The translations under genes and the position numbers were made by a program. Below, piece by piece: positions 31,913 to 43,051 of a DNA stretch of 64,000 bases. Source of the stretch: an uncultured Alphaproteobacteria bacterium (GTDB lineage: Bacteria; Pseudomonadota; Alphaproteobacteria; Sphingomonadales; Sphingomonadaceae); assembly GCA_963738825.1 (NCBI GenBank), contig CAVTYB010000008.1, positions 18,449-82,448 of the forward strand, in the 5' to 3' direction. The notes under the pieces were generated by a model. The model saw only the letters and a program-made list of their open reading frames with translations, was not told the DNA's origin and searched no databases. Position 1 is the first letter of the stretch; the number at the start of each line of letters is the position of its first letter.

Positions 31913-34431
31913 ATGTGGCGGAATTATTGGACGGTCGCGGTTCGGGCTCTTGCGAAGAACCAGACCTATTCGATCATCAACATCGCCGGCCTCGCGATCG
32001 GCATGGCCGCCTGCATCATGATCCTGCTCTACGTCCGCTACGAGCAGAGCTACGACAACTGGCTTCCCGATGTCGAGAACACCTACCAGCTCCAGGCCTG
32101 GTACCCCCATCCGCAGGACGGCGAGCCGATCTTCTCTGCAGATGTCGGCCTATGTCGTCGAAGGACGCGGTCAAGAAGGATTTCCCGCAGGTCGAGCGCG
32201 CCGGTCTACGTGCTCAGGACACGAGCCGGTGATCCTCAAGGACGGCCAGGCGTCGCCGACGCAAGGACTATGCTATCACCGACGACGACTTCCTGAAGGT
32301 CGTCAACCTGCCGCTGCTCGCCGGCACGACGCCTGACCGCGCGCGGACACGGCCGTGCTGTCACCAGAGCGAAGCGATCAAGCGCTTCGGCACCGACCAG
32401 GTCGTCGGCCGCACGCTGACGATCATCTCCAAGGGCGTCACGCGCGACTTCAAGATCACCGGCGTGTTCAAGGACATTCCGAAGAACTCGCAGCCTCAAG
32501 CTCAACGCGCATCCTGCGGATCGACTTCAACAGCTTCTTGGCGCAGACAGCCGGAGTTCCTGACCTGCTGGGGCTGCCAGTCGGGCTGGGTCTATCTGAA
32601 GCTTCGGCCCGGCACCGACGTCAAGGCAGATCAGGCGCAGGAGCCGGCCTGGGAGAAGCGCAACATCCCCGACGAGATCGAACGGCGACATCCGCTACAA
32701 CCAGGGCGACGACCAGGACTGGCACTTCGTCAACGTGCGCGACGTCCATCTCGGCAAGGCGCAGGACGGCGCGATGACGCCGGGCAACGACCGGCGGACG
32801 ATCGCGACCTTCGCGATCATCGCCGTGCTGATCCTCGGCATGGCGGTCGTGAACTTCACCAACCTCGCGACCGCCCGCGCCAGCCAGCGGGCGCGCGAAG
32901 TCGCGCTGCGCAAGGTGCTCGGCGCGACGCGCAGGCAGCTGATCGTCCAGTTCGTCGCGGAATCGATCCTGATTTCGGCGGTCGCGATGCTGCTCGCGCT
33001 GGCCCTCGTCGAACTGCTCGTGAGGCCGTTCGCCGCCTTCCTCGATGCCGACCTCGCGCTGAACTATTTCGGCAGCGACGGGATTCTGCTGCCGGCGATC
33101 GGGCTGACCTTGCTCGTCGGGATCGTCAGCGGCCTCTATCCCGCCTTCTTCCTGTCGCGCTTCCAGCCGGCGCAGGTGCTCAAGGCCAACCGGTCGGCAG
33201 CCGAGACGCCGGGCTCGGGCCGGCTGCGGCAGCGCTGGTCGTCGCTGCAGTTCGCGGTCTCGATCGGCCTCATCATCTGCACCGCCGTGATCTACGGGCA
33301 GACGGTCTACGCGCGCTCGGTCGATCCGGGCTACAAGCGCGACCACATCCTCCAGGTCGAGAATATCGGACCGCGCGCAGCTGCTCGTCGAAGGCCGAGA
33401 TGATCGTCGAGCAGATGAAGCGGGTTCCCGGCGTCGTTGCGGTCGGCGCTGACCGACATCGGCGTCGCCACCGACAATCAGTAGCAACACCGGCGTCATC
33501 CCGCCCGGGAGCAACCAAGCAGGTCGACGATCGGCAACTATAATGTCGACGCCGGATTTCTTCGACGCGATGGGCCTGAAGCTGATCGCCGGCCGCTGGT
33601 TCGATCGCGAACCGGCCGATGGACGACATGACGCTCCCTTTCCGCCCGATCCAGAACGCCGGAGATCGCGCTCGCCGCGCGCGGCGTCAACGTCGTGATC
33701 AACGAGCTATGCGGCGAAGAAGCTCGGCTTCAAATCGCCGCAGGATGCGGTCGGCAAGGTCGTCACGAGCGAGCTCTGCTCCGAGACCCGGCACCGGTGA
33801 CGACATCACCATCATCGGCGTGGTCGGCGACACCCGCTTCCGCTCGGTGCGCACGCCGATCGAGCCGATCATGTTCCAGAAGTCGAGGGCCGGGCCGAGC
33901 TGGATGATGATCCGCTACCGCGGCGATCCGGCGACCAGTTCGAAGCGGCGGTCGAGCGGCAGTGGAAGCAGCTCACCAACGACGTGCCGTTCGAAGCCAA
34001 GTTCAGCGAGGACATCGTGCGCGAGCTGTACAAGGCGGAGGATGCGCGGGCGCAGATCTTCGCCGCCTTCTCGCTGCTCGCGGTCGATCATCGGCTGCCT
34101 CGGCCTGTTCGGCCTCGCCGCCTTCACCGCCGAGCGGCGGACCAAGGAGATCGGCATCCGCAAGGTGCTTGGCGCGCGCACGCGCGACATCGTCCGGCTG
34201 CTGGTGTGGCAGTTCAGCCGGCCGGTGATCATCGCCAATGTCATCGCCTGGCCGGTCGCCTGGTGGATGATGCGCGACTGGCTGAACGGCTTCGACCAGC
34301 GGATCGCGCTGACGCCGGTGCCCTTCCTCATCGCGGCCGCGATCGCGCTCGGGATCGCGATCGCGACGGTCGTCGGCCACGCGGTGAAGGTCGCGCGGGC
34401 CAATCCGATCCACGCCCTGCGGTACGAGTAA
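31913..34431 (+). CDS. ABC permease, duplicated MacB/FtsX type, copy 1 (frameshifted)
   Basis: INIAGLAIG, NFTNLATARA..RAREVALRKVLGA, RTKEIGIRKVLGA, ANPIHALRYE. Confidence 0.88.
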
Positions 34432-34477
34432 GCATCGAGGCCGTTCGAACTCGAAGGACGAGGGACAGGAAGTCACC

Positions 34478-36998
34478 ATGTGGCGGAACTACTGGACCGT
34501 CGCAGTTCGGGCGCTCGCGAAGAGCAAGACCTATTCGATCATCAACATCGCGGGCCTCGCCATCGGCATGGCCGCGTGCATCATGATCCTGCTCTACATC
34601 CGCTACGAGCAGAGCTACGACAAATGGCTTCCGGACGTTGAGAACACCTACCAGCTCCAGGCCTGGTACCCGCATCCCAAGGACGGCGAGCCGGCCTATC
34701 CTGCAGATGTCGGCCTATGTGACGAAGGACGGCGATCAAGAAGGATTTCCCGCAGGTCGAGCACGCGGTCTACGTGCCAGGACAACGATCCCGTCTTCAT
34801 CAAGGACGGCCAGGCGTCGGCGACCAAGGACTAGCTGTTCGCCGACGACGATTTCCTCGAAGGTCGTCAACCTGCCGCTTGTCGCCGGCACGAGCACTCA
34901 CCGCGCCGCAAACCGCGGTCATTACGCAGCGCGAGGCGATCAAGCGCTTCGGTACCGACCAGGTCGTCGGCCGCACGCTGACCGATCATCTCGCGCGGGC
35001 GTCAAGCGCGATTTCAAGATCACCGGCGTGCTCAAGGACGTGCCGAAGAACTCGAGCATGAAGATCGACGCGATCCTGCGGCTCGACTTCAACAGCTTCT
35101 ATGCCGACAATCCGCAGTTCCTGACATGCTGGGGCTGCCAGTCGGGCTGGGTCTATGTGAAGCTGCGGCCGGGAACGGACGTCCGCCAGCTCGAGGCGCA
35201 GATGCCGGCCTGGGAGAAGCGCAACATCCCCGACGAGATCGAACGGCAATCATGCGCTCCAACGCCGGGCGACGAGCAGGACTGGCACTTCGTCAACCTG
35301 CGCCGACGTCCATCTCGGCAAGGCCCAGGACGAGCTCGATGACTCCGGGCAATGACCGGCGCACGATCACGACGTTCGCGATCATCGCCGTGCTGATCCT
35401 CGGCATGGCGGTCGTGAACTTCACCAACCTCGCGACCGCGCGGGCCAGCCAGCGCGCGCGCGAAGTGGCGCTGCGCAAGGTGCTTGGCGCGACGCGCAGG
35501 CAGTTGATCGTGCAGTTCGTCGCGGAATCCGTCCTGATTTCGGCGGTCGGCGATGCTGCTCGCGCTTGCGCTGGTCGAACTGCTGGTGAGGCCGTTCGCC
35601 GCGTTCCTCGATGCCGACATCGCGCTCACCTATTTCGGGAAGCGGCGGCATCCTGCTGCCGGCGATCGGCCTGACCTTGCTGGTCGGGATCCTCAGCGGC
35701 CTCTATCCCGCCTTCTTCCTCTCGCGCTTCCAGCCGGCGCAGGTGTTGAAGGCCAACCGCTCGGCCGCCGAGACGCCGGGCTCGGGGCGCATTCGCGACC
35801 GTCGCTGGTCGTGTTCCAGTTCGCGGTCTCGATCGGCCTCATCATCTGCACCGCGGTGATCTACGGCCAGACGGTCTTCGCGCGCTCGGTCGATCCCGGC
35901 TACAAGCGCGACCACATCCTCCAGGTCGAGGAGCTCGGCCGCGCGCAGCTGTCGGCCGAAGGCCGAGATGATCGTCGAGCCAGATGAAGCGCATCCCCGG
36001 CGTCGTCGCTGCGTCGCTGACCGACATCGGCGTCAACACCGACAACCAGAGCAACACCTACATCATCCCGCCCGGGAGCAACCAGCAGGTCGCTGATCGG
36101 CCAGTACAATGTCGGCGCGGACTATCTTCGAACGCGATGGGCCTGAAGCTGCTCGCCGGCCGCTGGTTCGATGCCGAACCGGCCGATCGACGACATGACG
36201 CACGCCCTATCCGCCCGACCCGAACGTCGAGAAGGCGCTCGCGCAGCGCGGCGTCAACGTCGTCATCAACGAATATGCGGCGCAGCAAGCTGGGCTTCAA
36301 ATCGCCGCAGGATGCGGTCGGCAAGGTCGTCAGGGGCAAGCTGCTCTCGGACGACGCCGGGATCATGAACATCACCATCATCGGCGTCGTCGGCGACACG
36401 CGCTTCCGCATCGGTGCGCACGCCGATCGAGCCGATGATGTTCCACAAGGTCACGCCGGGCCCGGCTGGATGATCATCCGCTATCAGCGGCGATCCCGGC
36501 GACGGTGAAGGGCGGCGGTCGAGCGGCAGTGGAAGCAGATCACCAACGAAGTGCCGTTCAACGCCAAGTTCAGCGAGGACATCATCGGCGAGCTGTACAA
36601 GAAGGAGGATGCGCGGGCGCAGATCTTCGCGGCCTTCTCGCTGCTCGCGGTGATCATCGGCTGCCTCGGCCTGTTCGGACTCGCCGCGTTCACCGCGGAG
36701 CGGCGGACCAAGGAAATCGGCATCCGCAAGGTGCTCGGCGCGCGGACTCGCGACATCGTTCAGCTGCTCGTGTGGCAGTTCAGCCGGCCCGGTGATCATC
36801 GCCAACGTCATCGCCTGGCCGGTCGCCTGGTGGATGATGCGCGACTGGCTGAACGGCTTCGACCAGCGGATTGCGCTGACTCCGATCCCGTTCGTGATCG
36901 CCGCGGCGATCGCGCTCGGGATCGCGATCGCCACGGTCGTCGGCCACGCGGTGAAGGTCGCTCGGGCCAATCCCATCCACGCGTTGAGATATGAGTAA
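34478..36998 (+). CDS. ABC permease, duplicated MacB/FtsX type, copy 2 (frameshifted)
   Basis: Same motifs; close tandem paralog of copy 1. Confidence 0.88.
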
Positions 36999-37079
36999 GA
37001 AGGCAAAGAAGTTTCGAGTTTTGTCCGCCGACCAGCTCGTTCACTTGCGCCTCAGCGGTTTCGAACCGCGATAGCTCAA

Positions 37080-37724
37080 TCAGGGATGGGCGATTCCGTA
37101 GAAGTCGCTGATCCCTGTCAGGAGGAACTGCATGCCGATCGCGATCAGCAGGAATCCAAAGATCCGGGTCATCGCATCGATCCCGGACTTGCCCATGAAC
37201 CGCACCATCGTGCTCGCCGCGCGCAGCACGAAATATGAGAACACCAACGTCAGCGCCATTCCGATGAGCACTGCGGCATAGATCAGGCCGAAGTCGTTAG
37301 GCCTGATACTCCTGATCTGGGCAGCGGCGGTGAGGACAACCGAGATCGATCCAGGTCCTGCAAGGCTTGGCATTGCAAGCGGCGTAAAGGCGATCTCGAG
37401 TTCCTTTGGGTGTTCCTCGCTCGATCCTCCGCTCGGCGGAGCGGGGAACAGCATCCGAAATCCGATTACCGAAATGATCAAGCCGCCCGCTACGCGCAGT
37501 CCCGGCACCGATATGCCGAAGAAGTCGATGATCGCTGCGCCGATCAGAAGGAAGGTCGCGAGGATCCCAAACGCGTAGATACACGCGAGCAAGGCCTGTC
37601 GCTTTTGGACATCCTTGCTCGTGCCCGCGGTCAGCGAAACGAATAGCGGAGCCGTGCTGAACGGATTTATGATCGGCAGTAGGCTGCCGATCGTGAGTGC
37701 AATGGCTTCCCAGAAGATGTCGAT
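37080..37724 (-). CDS. MarC family membrane protein (start uncertain)
   Basis: IINPFS, FFGISVPGLRVAGG, PLAMPSLAGPGSI, RIFGFLLIAIGMQF. Confidence 0.9.
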   Translation of the reverse strand: MDIFWEAIALTIGSLLPIINPFSTAPLFVSLTAGTSKDVQKRQALLACIYAFGILATFLLIGAAIIDFFGISVPGLRVAGGLIISVIGFRMLFPAPPSGGSSEEHPKELEIAFTPLAMPSLAGPGSISVVLTAAAQIRSIRPNDFGLIYAAVLIGMALTLVFSYFVLRAASTMVRFMGKSGIDAMTRIFGFLLIAIGMQFLLTGISDFYGIAHP

Positions 37725-38239
37725 GGCTCAAACCCCGCCGCCTGTGAATGCCGGCCGCGAGCGGCGGTCTCAATGGGGTGTTCTACCGAGCCGCCATTCA
37801 AATTCGCGCAGGTGGCGGAGCGGGAGGCTTCCGAGGCCTCGCCGTAAGCTGTTGAAAAACAGTGATTCTATCACGGGCGCTATCCGCTGGCTCGACAAGG
37901 GAGCCCTATCGCATCGAGGGATGATCGTTCCGGCTCTTCCCACCCGATCTTCCGACCGCGGCGGCCGGGAATTGGGGCTCGGCCTTTCACTCGTCACTGG
38001 CCATGTCGGCCGTCGTTGGCGTCGACCGCGTCTATCTCGCTTCAAAGGAGGTCGTTCTGCGGTTCGAGTGCGGCTCTTGCTGTGCGTAGCGCTCAAAGCT
38101 TAAACCCCGACTGATTCTCGTGCCTGCGGCCCCCCCCCGCTAACGCGCAAGTGTCTGCTTTCGACCCATTCCTGCCGCTAGCGGATCGCGCAAACTCCGT
38201 TGGGGCTTTGCCGCGCCGTCTTAATTCTCCGTCCCAACT

Positions 38240-38512
38240 TTAGCTGTGCGTCGTGGTGGTCACGGTTTTCTTCACCACGACGTGATGCGTCATCTCGCAC
38301 CGCTTCTTCCCGTGCTTTGTGATGTAGTGGTCGCAATGCACGGCATGGTGATGCGCGCGATGATGCGTCGTGTGATGAACGGGCACGTTCGTTTCATGAA
38401 TCTCACGCGTCGTGGTGTGTACATGCGTATTCGTGGCGGACGTATTGCTTTGCGCAAGGGCAGGTGAGGAAATCAGGGTAGCGCCGGCGATAAGCGATCG
38501 AACAATTTTCAT
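38240..38512 (-). CDS. Small secreted His/Thr-rich protein
   Basis: AGGAGG RBS, signal peptide, HHTTHHRAHHHAVHCDH...KKRC. Confidence 0.75.
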   Translation of the reverse strand: MKIVRSLIAGATLISSPALAQSNTSATNTHVHTTTREIHETNVPVHHTTHHRAHHHAVHCDHYITKHGKKRCEMTHHVVVKKTVTTTTHS

Positions 38513-38729
38513 GGGGTTCCTCCTGTTTTCAAAGCCCAGGATGAACAAAGCTCCCGACCAAAGATTTGTTGCCGAACATTACGGTCTTGTAATGCGCGAA
38601 CATGCCGTGCCCCTTCAGGGCTGCCACCAGGGAACCTGCGCGAGCAAGCCTGTCTGTTTCCTGTCGAGCACCGCCATCAGGAATTCATTGACGACCGCTA
38701 TGCACCGCCACTCAACCGGAGGTCGGCCA

Positions 38730-38963
38730 GTGCAGAGCGACTTGCAGTATTTCCGCATTAGGGCTCAGGAAGAGATTGACGCATCGATGTCGGCGCAATC
38801 GACCTCGGCTCGCAAAGCACACCTCGAGCTGGCGCAGCGATACACCGAAATTGCGGATGCGATTGAGGAAAGCGAGCCGCGGATGCGGGTCAATCGTCCA
38901 GCGGAACCTGCTCCTGGGCTCGCCTCAGCTCAGCGTCATCGATCGCGCGGAGAAGTTCAGTAA
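38730..38963 (+). CDS. Small helical hypothetical protein
   Basis: GGAGG RBS; DLQYFRIRAQEE...ARKAHLELAQRY, a motif common in small sphingomonad proteins. Confidence 0.65.
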   Translation: MQSDLQYFRIRAQEEIDASMSAQSTSARKAHLELAQRYTEIADAIEESEPRMRVNRPAEPAPGLASAQRHRSRGEVQ

Positions 38964-39045
38964 AGGTTGGCGCTTCTTCGACTGGCCAGACGTAGGAGAG
39001 CGTTGGGCCAAGCGCGTCCAGGTCCGTTTTCGGTCCATTGCGGAC

Positions 39046-39561
39046 TCAGGCGGCAAGGTTAGGTGGCCCTAGGTGCCGCAGGAAGTCTGGCTTGCCGAGC
39101 GATACGCCCGCATTGCGGAGAATCGCGTAGGCGGCCGTGTTGTGAAAAAAGAAGTTGGGAAGCGCAAAGCCGGTAAGATACTCAGCACCGCGGAAACGAT
39201 AGCCCGTCCCGTTCGGGAACTTGATGACAACCTCCCGATCTTCGCTGCCTTCGAGCGAGCGCGCATCGAAGCCCTTAACGTAATCCATCGTCCGATCGCA
39301 CCGATCCCTAAGCTCGGCGAAGCTCGTCTCGGTGTCAGGCATCGACGGGGCCTCTGTGCCGGTGAGCCGGGCGAGCGCGTTCTTCGCCGAATCTGAAGCC
39401 ATCTGATACTGCGCCGGCAAAGGCCTCATATCGGGAGCAAGCCGGGCTTCCATGAGAGCCGTCGCATCCTTCTCTTGCGCAGCCTTGTCGAGCCATTCGC
39501 GCATGTTCGTGAGCGAGTTGACGAACACCGGCACTGACGCGTTCCACATCTCAAAGCTCAT
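39046..39561 (-). CDS. DUF1993 family protein
   Basis: ARLAPDMRPL..Q, ALPNFFFH..AYAILRNAGVSLGKPDF. Confidence 0.92.
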   Translation of the reverse strand: MSFEMWNASVPVFVNSLTNMREWLDKAAQEKDATALMEARLAPDMRPLPAQYQMASDSAKNALARLTGTEAPSMPDTETSFAELRDRCDRTMDYVKGFDARSLEGSEDREVVIKFPNGTGYRFRGAEYLTGFALPNFFFHNTAAYAILRNAGVSLGKPDFLRHLGPPNLAA

Positions 39562-39690
39562 TGCCTAGCCTTCTCTGTCGTTGAAGCGTCGGCATGGAAC
39601 CTTCGGCAGACGACCGCAATGGGTCGGCAGCTAACATGTCAGAAGCGGAGGCTCGGCACAGAGCCACCGTCAGCGAGCTCAATGATTACG

Positions 39691-40092
39691 CTAAGGGGTG
39701 TTCGTTTCTCCGTCCGGCGTAAGCTCCACCAATCCCATCACATTGCCGGCGGGGTCAGTAAACAATGCGAGCGCGGCGACGCCCTTAACCTCGAAGCGCG
39801 GAGCAATGATCTTGCCGCCATTTGCGGCGATCTCCCGCAATGTTGCGCTTATGTCCGGCACTCCAAGGTAGATCACCTTGGCTGCTGGATGGGTTCGAAG
39901 TGTGCCACTTAGATGAGGGCCGGATACCGGAACGGATACAGTGCCGCCCGGTCCTGGTGCCCATCCGAACACCTTCTGATAGAAACCCAGTTGGATGGCC
40001 TCGGAAGGCCCCGCAATATCGAGGTAGACAATGGGCGCCGGTGGTCGTGCTGGCACCGGCTGAGCCTGGGACGGAGTTGCGACGGCGCTCAT
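39691..40092 (-). CDS. VOC/glyoxalase family protein
   Basis: FYQKVFGW, IYLGVPDI, GGKII, FTDPAGNVMGL. Confidence 0.85.
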   Translation of the reverse strand: MSAVATPSQAQPVPARPPAPIVYLDIAGPSEAIQLGFYQKVFGWAPGPGGTVSVPVSGPHLSGTLRTHPAAKVIYLGVPDISATLREIAANGGKIIAPRFEVKGVAALALFTDPAGNVMGLVELTPDGETNTP

Positions 40093-40315
40093 CTACGCTC
40101 CGATCAATCGTAAAGGAGCGCCGATTGTAGCTATCACGCTAACGGCAGCAATGGGTCGAAAGCTGACATTTCCTCTTGCGGCGTTTCGCCCATATCGAAC
40201 TCACCAGCTTATGCCCCGGCCCTGGGCACTTACTGCTGTATCCGGCGAGGCGTATAGCGCGCTCGCCGCCCATCTGATTCGTTCGGCGGCCGTATCTCTA
40301 ATCGGGGGAAAGACC

Positions 40316-40789
40316 ATGAGACATTTGAAACTCGCACTAATCCTCGCAACGATCACCTTGTCCGCGCAGGCCGCAGCCGCAGCCGCGCCTGACGCGAAGA
40401 CGTGGAGTGGCACCTGGCACCTGAATGCCACCGCTTCGAAATGGGGCGCGGCCGGCAAGGAACAGAGCGAAACGCGGAGCTATGACTATTCCGGCGGCAA
40501 GCTCAGCATGAAGTCGAGCGCCAAGGATTCGGCGGGCAAGGAGACCAACTTTAGCTATTCGGCGGGATGCGACGGGAAATCCGCTCCGATGACCGGAAAT
40601 CCCAACGCAGACAGCATCTCGCTGACTTGCGTCAGTGGCAGCGAGATCAAAGCGACGTCGCGCATGAAGGGCAAGGTGACCGTGCAATCCACCGCGACCG
40701 TATCTGCAGATGGCAAGCACCTGACGCTGAAGCGGACCTACGTCAGCATGAAGGGCGCGCCCACCGAAGTGCTGGAGTTCACGCGCTAG
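40316..40789 (+). CDS. Secreted lipocalin-like beta-barrel protein
   Basis: Signal peptide, WSGTWHLN..S, DGK, VSADGKHLT. Confidence 0.7.
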   Translation: MRHLKLALILATITLSAQAAAAAAPDAKTWSGTWHLNATASKWGAAGKEQSETRSYDYSGGKLSMKSSAKDSAGKETNFSYSAGCDGKSAPMTGNPNADSISLTCVSGSEIKATSRMKGKVTVQSTATVSADGKHLTLKRTYVSMKGAPTEVLEFTR

Positions 40790-40892
40790 GCAGGCATGGA
40801 GACGCCCGGGGCTTTGCGCGCCGGGCGCTTTCCGCCGCGGAGGCTTGCTTTGCAATGTCAGCTTTGGGTCGAAAACTGACACTGAACCTCGC

Positions 40893-41615
40893 TCAGCTCT
40901 CCCGGCCGAAGCGGAGCAGCTGACCGATCCCGAACAGGATCGCCGGAAACATGATGCAGACAGCGATCGGAAAGCTGATTGTTTGCCCCGGTGGACTGAT
41001 GAGCCGTGGAGCCAGGTAGAAGAACGTGGCAGCGCCGGCGGTGATGACTACCCATTCCAGGAACAGCCGCGCGGCGATTGACTTCTGAGAGACCGCGGGA
41101 GCAGCCGGCAGAGGGAAGTTCACCACTGGCCCAGCAGCCGCAACCAGCTTGGCCCAGCTCGCTGCGTTGATTTTCAGTCTTCCGTTCGTCTGGTTGCCCA
41201 GACCAAGCTTTACCATTTTCGTGAAGAAGCTGCGGGAGGGCTCCGCCGTGATCTCCGTCCATGGGATTAGCAGCGGCTTCTGGAATGGCCCGAAAACGCG
41301 CCACATTCGAATGGAAAGTCCGGATCGCAAGGCAGCCAGCGTGAGCACTCCGTTGAGGTTGACGCCTAAGCCCATCACTCCGGATTGCCAGCCGAGCTTC
41401 AGCAGTGGCTCCTCATCTCCATCGTCCGCGTACCACTGTTGGAGGCTGAACCAGCCCGACATGACGCCCATTAACGTCGTGACGAGCAACCACATTCCCG
41501 CAAAGATGAACGGGAAGCCGATGGGGAGCCATTTGATGACCTGGTCGTCCGTCACTGCCGTTTGATACCGGACAATGAGGAACGCTCCAATGAATGTGGC
41601 CGCCAAGCGGCTCAC
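40893..41615 (-). CDS. Membrane hypothetical protein
   Basis: TM helices, SGW.L..Y, PLLIPWTEI; start uncertain. Confidence 0.65.
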   Translation of the reverse strand: MSRLAATFIGAFLIVRYQTAVTDDQVIKWLPIGFPFIFAGMWLLVTTLMGVMSGWFSLQQWYADDGDEEPLLKLGWQSGVMGLGVNLNGVLTLAALRSGLSIRMWRVFGPFQKPLLIPWTEITAEPSRSFFTKMVKLGLGNQTNGRLKINAASWAKLVAAAGPVVNFPLPAAPAVSQKSIAARLFLEWVVITAGAATFFYLAPRLISPPGQTISFPIAVCIMFPAILFGIGQLLRFGRES

Positions 41616-41670
41616 GTCCGCAATGGGTCGGACGCAGACATCGGCACTTCCAGGAGCCGACGGGCCGACT

Positions 41671-42450
41671 CTATTTTGCCTTCGGTTTCGTCAGCGGATT
41701 TGCAAGGACCCGCTGGATAGCGCCCTTGCTCGGCGCTTCGCCGTAGTGGGCTTCGAAGGCGCCCATCGGTTTGCAATGGCCCGGGCGCTCTCGGGTCTCA
41801 TCGTCGGTGTAAAGGCGGACTGACGCAGGGTCGTAGGCGATGCCGTAAATCTTCAGGAGTTGGGTCATCCTGAGCGCGCCCAGCGAAATCATTCGGTTGA
41901 TTGACCGTGCTTGACTGATCGCCGCTCGAGCTGAAGCAGCGTCCTCGCCGCTGAATTCGCGCCCTGGGCCAACTAGCTGGTACAGGTTGGTCCAGGTGTC
42001 GATCTCGCGCAGCTGGTACTGATTGAGGTCGGTGATGAAATCGTAAGTACCGGAAAGCGCTTGCAGCTTCTCGCGATCCTGGTGGTTGGCGATGTCGCCA
42101 TTGACCATGCTCTGCCAGGCACCGCTCGGCCAGGTGAAATACTGCGGTGTGGGCACGCGCCCGATTGGTGGCAGACGTTTCGATGCAGCCGCTCCATCGA
42201 CAACCCCGGCCAGCCAGTCGAGACGCTGCTCAACGCATGGACTTTCATCCACCCGAACGATCGCTTGGCCAACAGACTCCCCTAGCTCGAGTTCGAGTGC
42301 CCTGTTGCTTTCGTGCAAGCGTTGTCGCCAGTGAACGTCCTCTACGACCTGTTCCGCCGCGAGTGCGATCAGGACGCCGACTACGATGATGCCCACTTCG
42401 CCTGCGAACTCGCGCCAGCCGTGCAGCGGCTTTGGTAGATGGAAGTGCAT
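41671..42450 (-). CDS. Hypothetical protein of the 'HLPKPLHGWR' type (N-terminal TM anchor)
   Basis: MHFHLPKPLHGWREFAGEVGIIVVGVLIALAAEQ. Confidence 0.8.
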   Translation of the reverse strand: MHFHLPKPLHGWREFAGEVGIIVVGVLIALAAEQVVEDVHWRQRLHESNRALELELGESVGQAIVRVDESPCVEQRLDWLAGVVDGAAASKRLPPIGRVPTPQYFTWPSGAWQSMVNGDIANHQDREKLQALSGTYDFITDLNQYQLREIDTWTNLYQLVGPGREFSGEDAASARAAISQARSINRMISLGALRMTQLLKIYGIAYDPASVRLYTDDETRERPGHCKPMGAFEAHYGEAPSKGAIQRVLANPLTKPKAK

Positions 42451-42598
42451 TTGACTGGCCCCCGGCAAATGAAGGCTAACAGATGTTGTTATCGGGGCAA
42501 TGGGAAGTCGGCACGAATGGCAGGATGGGTCGAGACAGGCCTGAGCCAATAGAGTCCGGTTTGGGTGGAAAGCTCACATAGCACCGCATTACCGTTGA

Positions 42599-43018
42599 TT
42601 GATGGCGGGTTACCGACACGACGTGGATGCGGACGATCAGTTGGCGGGCCGTATTCTTCGCCGAGCTCTCAAGGGCACACGCGCCTATGGCTGCCTGTTT
42701 GCCATCCTGCTGGGCGGGGCCATGTCCTTTGTCATCTTCCTCGGAAACATCATGGGAGACTGCACTCCCGGCCCCGGGTGCCATGACCACGACGCTCTTC
42801 ACATAATTGAGGACTTGGCAGTCGCTTTGCCAATGGCCGCGCTTATGGGGGCGGGTGTGTGGTTGCTCGCTAGTGCTACGCGAGCGGTTCTTCAGCCGGT
42901 GCTTGGTGAGCGGGTCGTCATTCTGCTTCTTCTTGCGCTGACACTCGCTCTGGCATGGTTTGGCTTTCAACCTGCAATGGAGGCATTCTTTCGGTGGACC
43001 TTCCCCGCTGGTTCATAG
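42599..43018 (+). CDS. Three-TM hypothetical protein
   Basis: Hydrophobic helices with a GDCTPGPGCHD loop. Confidence 0.65.
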   Translation: MMAGYRHDVDADDQLAGRILRRALKGTRAYGCLFAILLGGAMSFVIFLGNIMGDCTPGPGCHDHDALHIIEDLAVALPMAALMGAGVWLLASATRAVLQPVLGERVVILLLLALTLALAWFGFQPAMEAFFRWTFPAGS

Positions 43019-43051
43019 TGTCTTCTTTGGGTCGAAAGCAGACTCGCGGAG

